A stretch of DNA of 64,000 nucleotides, from the NCBI GenBank assembly GCA_964291405.2, contig OZ219926.1:3136001-3200000 (forward strand). The letters are read 5' to 3'. The stretch's first letter is position 1, and each line of letters starts with the position of its first letter. This document shows, one piece after another, positions 58,803-64,000 of this stretch. The translations under genes were made by a program, and so were the position numbers. The notes under the pieces were generated by a model. It saw nothing but the letters and a program-made list of their open reading frames with translations, searched no databases and was not told the DNA's origin. The DNA is from Thermodesulfobacteriota bacterium. Its GTDB lineage: Bacteria; Desulfobacterota; Binatia; Bin18.

Positions 58803-59507
58803 CTACCATTTTTCTCCGAACGGGCGTAACTCGACCAGAAACGACCAGGCCGACTTGGGCTGATGGGCGGTATGAAAAACCGTTTCCGCTAAATCCGCTG
58901 GCTGGGAAAAGAAATCCTTGGGCTTATCGGGGAGGCGCCGCCGGGCAAACGGCATATCGATCATGGCATCGACCACAATATAGGCCACATGAATTCCGTT
59001 TGGCCCCAACTCGCGAGCTAGGCTTTCGGCCAGGATACGTTGCCCGGCTTTGGTTGGCGACCAGCCGACAAAATTCGGCGTGCCACGCAGCGAGCCTGTA
59101 TTCCCGGTGACCATGAGAGAACCGGAGCCACGCTCTACCATCGCCGGAGCCAGCTCCTGGGCCAGGATCAGAAGGCCGGCGGTATTTATGCGGAAATTGA
59201 GGCTAAAATCCTCCATGCTGATGTCGCGATAATGTCCCAACGTCGCCCGCGCTGCGTTATACACGACGACTTCCGGGAGTCCGTGCTCGGCGACAATGTG
59301 GTTGAGCGTCTGACGGAATGCCCCTTCGTCGGCGATATCAACGGGAAATCCCGCACTCTTCTGGATTTCAGCAGCCCAGGACGCCAGCCGACCAGCATGC
59401 CGGGCAATCATCGATACCCGGTAGCCACCGGCCGCAAAGCGACGCACACACCCCATGCCTAAACCGGGCCCAACGCCGACTACTAAACAATGCGGGGAGG
59501 CAGTCAT
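58803..59507 (-). CDS. Short-chain dehydrogenase/reductase
   Basis: Motifs GVGPGLG, YNAA and KAGQRILAESLARELGP. Confidence 0.9.
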   Translation of the reverse strand: MTASPHCLVVGVGPGLGMGCVRRFAAGGYRVSMIARHAGRLASWAAEIQKSAGFPVDIADEGAFRQTLNHIVAEHGLPEVVVYNAARATLGHYRDISMEDFSLNFRINTAGLLILAQELAPAMVERGSGSLMVTGNTGSLRGTPNFVGWSPTKAGQRILAESLARELGPNGIHVAYIVVDAMIDMPFARRRLPDKPKDFFSQPADLAETVFHTAHQPKSAWSFLVELRPFGEKW

Positions 59508-59568
59508 AATAAATTTCTCCTATGGTTAGAAAAGCAGGGGGCATTATTTCTGGCGGGCTCTACCGGTG

Positions 59569-59804
59569 CAAGGCTGCACCGAATTCTTCTCAAATGCGCT
59601 TACAGATACAAAGACTATTGGTGACCGCTCTGCTCACAATAGGTATTATACGGCGACTCGGCCAGATCTTGATCAGCTTCAGTCAGGAATGCGACTTGTC
59701 GTTGAGGAGTTAATCCAGCTTGGTGATTTGAAGAAAAGGAATTAATTTCTCAAGTTCTTCCTCTTAATTCCTGTCAGGTTCTCTCCGCACAAGGCTGCAC
59801 CGAA
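59569..59804 (+). other. AT-rich insert bounded by 15-bp direct repeats, carrying a 3' gene remnant
   Basis: CAAGGCTGCACCGAA at 59569 and 59790. Frame 59581-59745 reads ..KTIGDRSAHNRYY..VVEELIQL..*. Confidence 0.6.
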
Positions 59805-59813
59805 CACCTTCGC

Positions 59814-61076
59814 TTAATATCCCTTCGCCTTCCGGCCAAAAATTCGTTTTATACGTTCGACCGGTCCAAAGCGACTGACCACCACAATAAAGACCTTGCG
59901 CAGCCGGTCTTCCGGACACTGAAGCGGCCGCATGGCGTGCCAGGAGCTGCCGTTGCGGGCGAAGAGCAGGCTGGAGTTACCGATAGCGTGTGATGCTGAG
60001 ACGCTATCAAAGTCCTCTATGTGTGGTGCGGAGTTGCGCGGGAAGCGACCCCCGTCGTCGAGGAGCAAGGTTTGTCCCCCCCAGGCCGGGTCCCAATCCT
60101 GCTCGGTATTGAAATAAAAAATATGCGAACCCAGCTTGTCCTTGGCGTCGCAGTGCGGCGAGATGGAACAGCCGGGCGGGGTGTAGTGCCAGTGAAAGCG
60201 TAAGGCAAAGGCGTGCGTGTCGAGTAAACGACCAAGAAAATTCTGATAGGTCGGGCCGCGCAGCTCGGCAATAAAATCCTTCCAGACTTGGGCTACCGGT
60301 AGGGAGTCGTGGTAGGCCAATAAAAAGCGATCATGGCTACGCTGGCCGTGGGCGCGCGGTTTGCCAAAGACCCAATGCCACGCCCGGGATTGCCGGCGGA
60401 CCTCGTAGCGGCGCAGCGGGTTCGCATCACGGTCGAACTCGTACACGAACGGCGTACCGGTCAGTGGCCGTTTGACGCGCGGGATGTCGGGTTCGGGCAC
60501 CCCATCGAGCCAGGTCGTCAGGGCGCGCAGGCTGTTACCGTGCGCGACGACCAATACCCGCCGGCCGGCCCTGATGGCCGGAACCAGAGCGTCGCGCCAA
60601 TAGGGTAGTACGCGTGCCCTGACGTCACGAAGGCTCTCGGTCAGCGGCTCTCGATTGTCCGGCCCGGCGTCCCGCAGGTCCATATCGACCAGATCGTCGC
60701 CGGTTTCTCGGGCCGGCGGTGCAATCTCGAAGTGTTGTTGCCATATCGTGACCTGTCGGTGTCCGTAGCGTCGGGCGACATCGGCGCGGCTCATACCCTG
60801 CAGGGCGCCGTAATGCCGTTCGTTGAGCCGCCAGCTTGTCTGCACCGGGATGGACAGTGCCAGGGCGTCTAGCACAATGCTGAGGGTGTCGATGGAACGC
60901 CGCAGCGCCGAACTAAAGGCGATGTCGAACGAGAAACCGTGCGCCCGGAGCAAGTCGGCCGCGGCGCGCGTCTGCTCGCGGCCATGTGAACTCAGTGGGA
61001 CGTCGGCCCAACCCGTAAAACGGCGCGCCTCATTCCAGACGCTGTGGCCGTGGCGCAGAAAGACGACCGGCGTCAT
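59814..61076 (-). CDS. Fusion of a cofactor-dependent phosphoglycerate mutase (GpmA-like) and a 2OG-Fe(II) oxygenase
   Basis: N-half: LRHG..WN..RFTGWAD, RLNERHYGALQG, AHGNSLRAL. C-half: PHCD..WGG..SWH..R. Confidence 0.85.
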   Translation of the reverse strand: MTPVVFLRHGHSVWNEARRFTGWADVPLSSHGREQTRAAADLLRAHGFSFDIAFSSALRRSIDTLSIVLDALALSIPVQTSWRLNERHYGALQGMSRADVARRYGHRQVTIWQQHFEIAPPARETGDDLVDMDLRDAGPDNREPLTESLRDVRARVLPYWRDALVPAIRAGRRVLVVAHGNSLRALTTWLDGVPEPDIPRVKRPLTGTPFVYEFDRDANPLRRYEVRRQSRAWHWVFGKPRAHGQRSHDRFLLAYHDSLPVAQVWKDFIAELRGPTYQNFLGRLLDTHAFALRFHWHYTPPGCSISPHCDAKDKLGSHIFYFNTEQDWDPAWGGQTLLLDDGGRFPRNSAPHIEDFDSVSASHAIGNSSLLFARNGSSWHAMRPLQCPEDRLRKVFIVVVSRFGPVERIKRIFGRKAKGY

Positions 61077-63568
61077 GGCTGCACGCGGAACGGGAGTAGG
61101 CCGCGGACTTGCTCCGTCACCCTGTCGAGTTCCCGCAGGGCCGGCCGCGGCCGGAGTTCGAGTGGATTGTTCGAGACACCGGCATCCGGAAAAAGCGCAG
61201 CGCTGCCCTGTTCGATCAACGCGACGTGAAGCGCGTTCAGGTCACGCCGCGGCTGGACGATGCCGCGTTCGATCAGCCGCCCGCACACATACGCCAGGCC
61301 GCGTTGTGGCCGCGGGCGACCCCGTTTGTTTCTCTGCTGGGATTGGGCGCGCATGAGGATCCAGTCTTTAGCCCGCTCCAGGACACCGGCCGACCGCTCC
61401 GCGAGGGGATAAATATACACGGGCTTTTCTGTTGCCACGGCTTCGGCCAGCATGGATTCGCTCTCGCCCGTCACGATCAGGAGGTCGGCCAGCGCCAGAT
61501 AGCCCAGGTAAGGGTTGTCGGCCCGGTCTGGTCGCCACGCATACACCGAGTGCCGCGGCCCCAGGCTAGCTGCCAGCGCCTTAGCCGCGGCATGGCCGGT
61601 TCGACGGCTGGTCGTGGCGAACACTGTACCGTGGAGGCGTTCGGCGAAGGCCCGGACCTCGGCGCCAAGCCGGTCGGCTTGGTCGGGGGTCAACTCGTGT
61701 CTGGCGGTCGCGCCGCCGACCAGTAGCATGATCCAGGGGCGCGGCGCGGCTTCGACCTGATCCCGCCACGTGTCGGCTGCGGTTTCAAGCCGTTCGGGAT
61801 TGACCTGGGTGACCGGCGCGCCGGTCTCGATACGTCGCGGGTGGGGTGGGAGACGGAAATGCTCGCAAACGACACTGATGTCGGTCGGCGCGACTGGTCG
61901 GCTGCCAATGCGGCCCAACAACACGAGATGGGTTCGGCCGTGGCTTTCGTGCTGAATCCAGCGCGCGACCCGACCCGGGCGCCAGCCCGCGACGATCACC
62001 AAGTCTGGCCAGGGTGGGCCGAGTACGTCGGACTGGCTGATGTCCAAGCCACGGCGTGTCGCCCGGTCGGTGCCGAGCAGGTATTTGTACAGGCCGGTCG
62101 GCCCCCGGAAGTGCAGGGTCTTGGTCGTGTACGGCCAGCCGAGGGCATCAGCCAAGCCGCGGGCCTGCGTGGTATGCCCTGGCTTATGCGAGATCAGCAC
62201 CCACACGATGGGTTCATGTCCAAGGGCTCCGCCGGCATAGTCGCCGTCCGCACGTCCGCTGTCGGTCGGCGCTTCGAGACGGAGATGCCAGCGCAGCTTC
62301 GGGTAACGACGGCTGGCGGCGTCCAAATGCGTCTGCCACCAGGGTAGTGGTCGCACCCGGCCCTGGAGACGGGTGCCGTTTGGTAGACGGTGTTCATACG
62401 GAACCACGTTGACCGAGACAGACACAAAGCGATGGGCGCGACGAAAGAGCTCTTCCAACATCCACGGGACATCCTCGTCAGGAAGAAAATCCAGGGTATC
62501 TGTACAGACAACGCCGTCTGCGACTTCGCAGGCGGAAGGGGTTGGGGCGGCAAAGGCCGGATTATAGTGGGATACGAGAGGGTCATGACTACGAGTCAAA
62601 GAGGGACTGAGGCCAAAGGAATAATCCAGTAGGGTGCGACTCTGTGTGGTTACTCTGAGTTTTTCTATATGCTTCTGAAAGTCGTTCTTATGACCATTTC
62701 GAGTTGCTTGCATCGAGCAGGCCGGCGGGGCGGACTGGGGCGAAGCGTCCCGTATGTGAGCGCACACCGCTAGGTATTGGGTGCTTGGCCGGTGGACCTG
62801 AAATACCTGATAGCCGGCTTCGTTTGCTGCCTGTTCCAGGTCAAGCCAGACCTGCCCGACGGGGTTGTGTTGGTAGGCGAATCGCTGGGGAAACGGTTGC
62901 CAGGGCTGGGCATGAATCGTGGTATAGTGCAGCAGCTTGGAGCGTCTCGGGTCATACTCATCGTCCCGCGCGTTCCAGTGGGAGTCAAGCTGGCCCCAGA
63001 GGCCGGAGATGGCGCGTGCCTCAGCCTCCAACCGCTGGCGCCGCTGCCGTTGGGCGGCCTCCAGCGTCCAGGCTGAGGCCATCCGTTCACAATCGATCAA
63101 CATAACCGAGGTATCGTGATCGTGAATGGACAGAAAACCGGAGTTGCCCATAGCGGTGTCGAACAGCTCGCCGGGATCGGCCAGATAAATCTGGTCGGTG
63201 TCATTATAGATGGCGCGCCCGCGCCCCCCGGCAAAATGCGGGATGGCAAAGCGGTAGTTCGTAAAGCCCGTCAGCCAGCCGCGCCGGTCAAAACCGGCCA
63301 GGTCTTTCATCAAGTATAATTCGTAGACGCGCGCCGGGTCGCGGACCCGTTCAATCGACCAGACGAAGACCCGCTCGGCCCGATACTGGTCCGGTTCCGT
63401 TCCGATGAAGATACGGACCGGTGGTCGCTCGCTCGGAGTCATCCCTTCTCGAACACCGAGGACGACACGTTCGAGCTGGGTACGGGTGCCCGGTCTGGCA
63501 TACGGCTCTGCCCGCAGCAGTGCCGCTATTCTCTTACGCAGTGGTACTGAAAAACCCGAAACGCCCAT
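61073..63568 (-). CDS. Three-domain protein: GT-A (GT8-like) glycosyltransferase, methyltransferase-like domain and ELM1/GtrOC1-family domain
   Basis: RIFIGT..TGFTNYRF..AIYNDTDQIY, then DGVVCTDTLDFLP, then KPGHTTQARGLA..TTSRRT..NPYLGYL..VTGESESMLAEA. Confidence 0.8.
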   Translation of the reverse strand: MGVSGFSVPLRKRIAALLRAEPYARPGTRTQLERVVLGVREGMTPSERPPVRIFIGTEPDQYRAERVFVWSIERVRDPARVYELYLMKDLAGFDRRGWLTGFTNYRFAIPHFAGGRGRAIYNDTDQIYLADPGELFDTAMGNSGFLSIHDHDTSVMLIDCERMASAWTLEAAQRQRRQRLEAEARAISGLWGQLDSHWNARDDEYDPRRSKLLHYTTIHAQPWQPFPQRFAYQHNPVGQVWLDLEQAANEAGYQVFQVHRPSTQYLAVCAHIRDASPQSAPPACSMQATRNGHKNDFQKHIEKLRVTTQSRTLLDYSFGLSPSLTRSHDPLVSHYNPAFAAPTPSACEVADGVVCTDTLDFLPDEDVPWMLEELFRRAHRFVSVSVNVVPYEHRLPNGTRLQGRVRPLPWWQTHLDAASRRYPKLRWHLRLEAPTDSGRADGDYAGGALGHEPIVWVLISHKPGHTTQARGLADALGWPYTTKTLHFRGPTGLYKYLLGTDRATRRGLDISQSDVLGPPWPDLVIVAGWRPGRVARWIQHESHGRTHLVLLGRIGSRPVAPTDISVVCEHFRLPPHPRRIETGAPVTQVNPERLETAADTWRDQVEAAPRPWIMLLVGGATARHELTPDQADRLGAEVRAFAERLHGTVFATTSRRTGHAAAKALAASLGPRHSVYAWRPDRADNPYLGYLALADLLIVTGESESMLAEAVATEKPVYIYPLAERSAGVLERAKDWILMRAQSQQRNKRGRPRPQRGLAYVCGRLIERGIVQPRRDLNALHVALIEQGSAALFPDAGVSNNPLELRPRPALRELDRVTEQVRGLLPFRVQP

Positions 63569-63587
63569 GGCCTGACAATTCTATACC

Positions 63588-64000
63588 TTACGCAATTTTC
63601 CGTGCGTCGTGAAACGACGCGGTCGCGTCAACTGGTCTGAGCCGCCCGTCCTCTAACCGGTAGACATGGTCAGCAATATCCAACAGGGCCGGCTGGTGGG
63701 AAATCGCCAGAATCGTCATGGTTCCACGCAGTTGCTGAACGGTCTGGCAAATAGCGGCCTCACTCTCAGGGTCAAGCGCAGTGGTGGCTTCATCCAAAAT
63801 GAGGAGTTGAGGCGTGTGCACCAGAGCGCGGGCAATAGCAATCCGCTGCCGCTGGCCACCGGATAAACGGGCGCCCCGCTCTCCGACTCGCGTCGCCATT
63901 CCGTCCGGAAGGTTTTGCACAAACTCCCAGGCTCTCGGCGGCGCGTAAGGCCGCTTTTACGTCCGTCCTCGGTCAGCGCGGTATCGCCCAGCGTCACGTT
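63588..64000 (-). CDS. ABC exporter ATP-binding domain (MsbA-like C-terminus), cut by the window edge, with frameshifts near 63935-63965
   Basis: Motifs LSGGQRQRIAIARAL, LILDEATTALD and ISH. Confidence 0.88.

Overview
A GC-rich (about 60%) bacterial chromosomal window with roughly 65 protein-coding genes. I found no rRNA, tRNA or CRISPR array. Gene content suggests a deltaproteobacterium-like organism, possibly Binatia or a sponge symbiont (inference only). Housekeeping genes (rpoZ, rpoH-like sigma factor, trmJ, mutS2, uvrB, folK, pckG, lhgO, ugd, tenA, pcm) are mixed with many oxidoreductases. Five regions stand out. (1) A toluene-monooxygenase-type diiron cluster (41.4-44.9 kb) has the order A-B-E-C-D, no reductase gene, and unusual active-site residues (F100, L103, S201). 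(2) Next to it is a toxin-antitoxin patchwork in which an intact hicAB cassette sits between two 101-bp direct repeats of a DNA methyltransferase gene's 3' end. (3) An envelope-lipid locus (52-64 kb) has a fused LptF-LptG, a cytidylyltransferase, a phosphoglycerate mutase/2OG-Fe(II) oxygenase fusion and a three-domain GT/ELM1 protein, which may make and export a non-LPS lipid. (4) A Hel308-type helicase follows a perfect 17-bp inverted repeat and carries an in-frame palindromic insert. (5) pcm probably starts at an ATT codon. Several small frameshifts suggest assembly indel errors. All family assignments come from motif recognition, not database searches.
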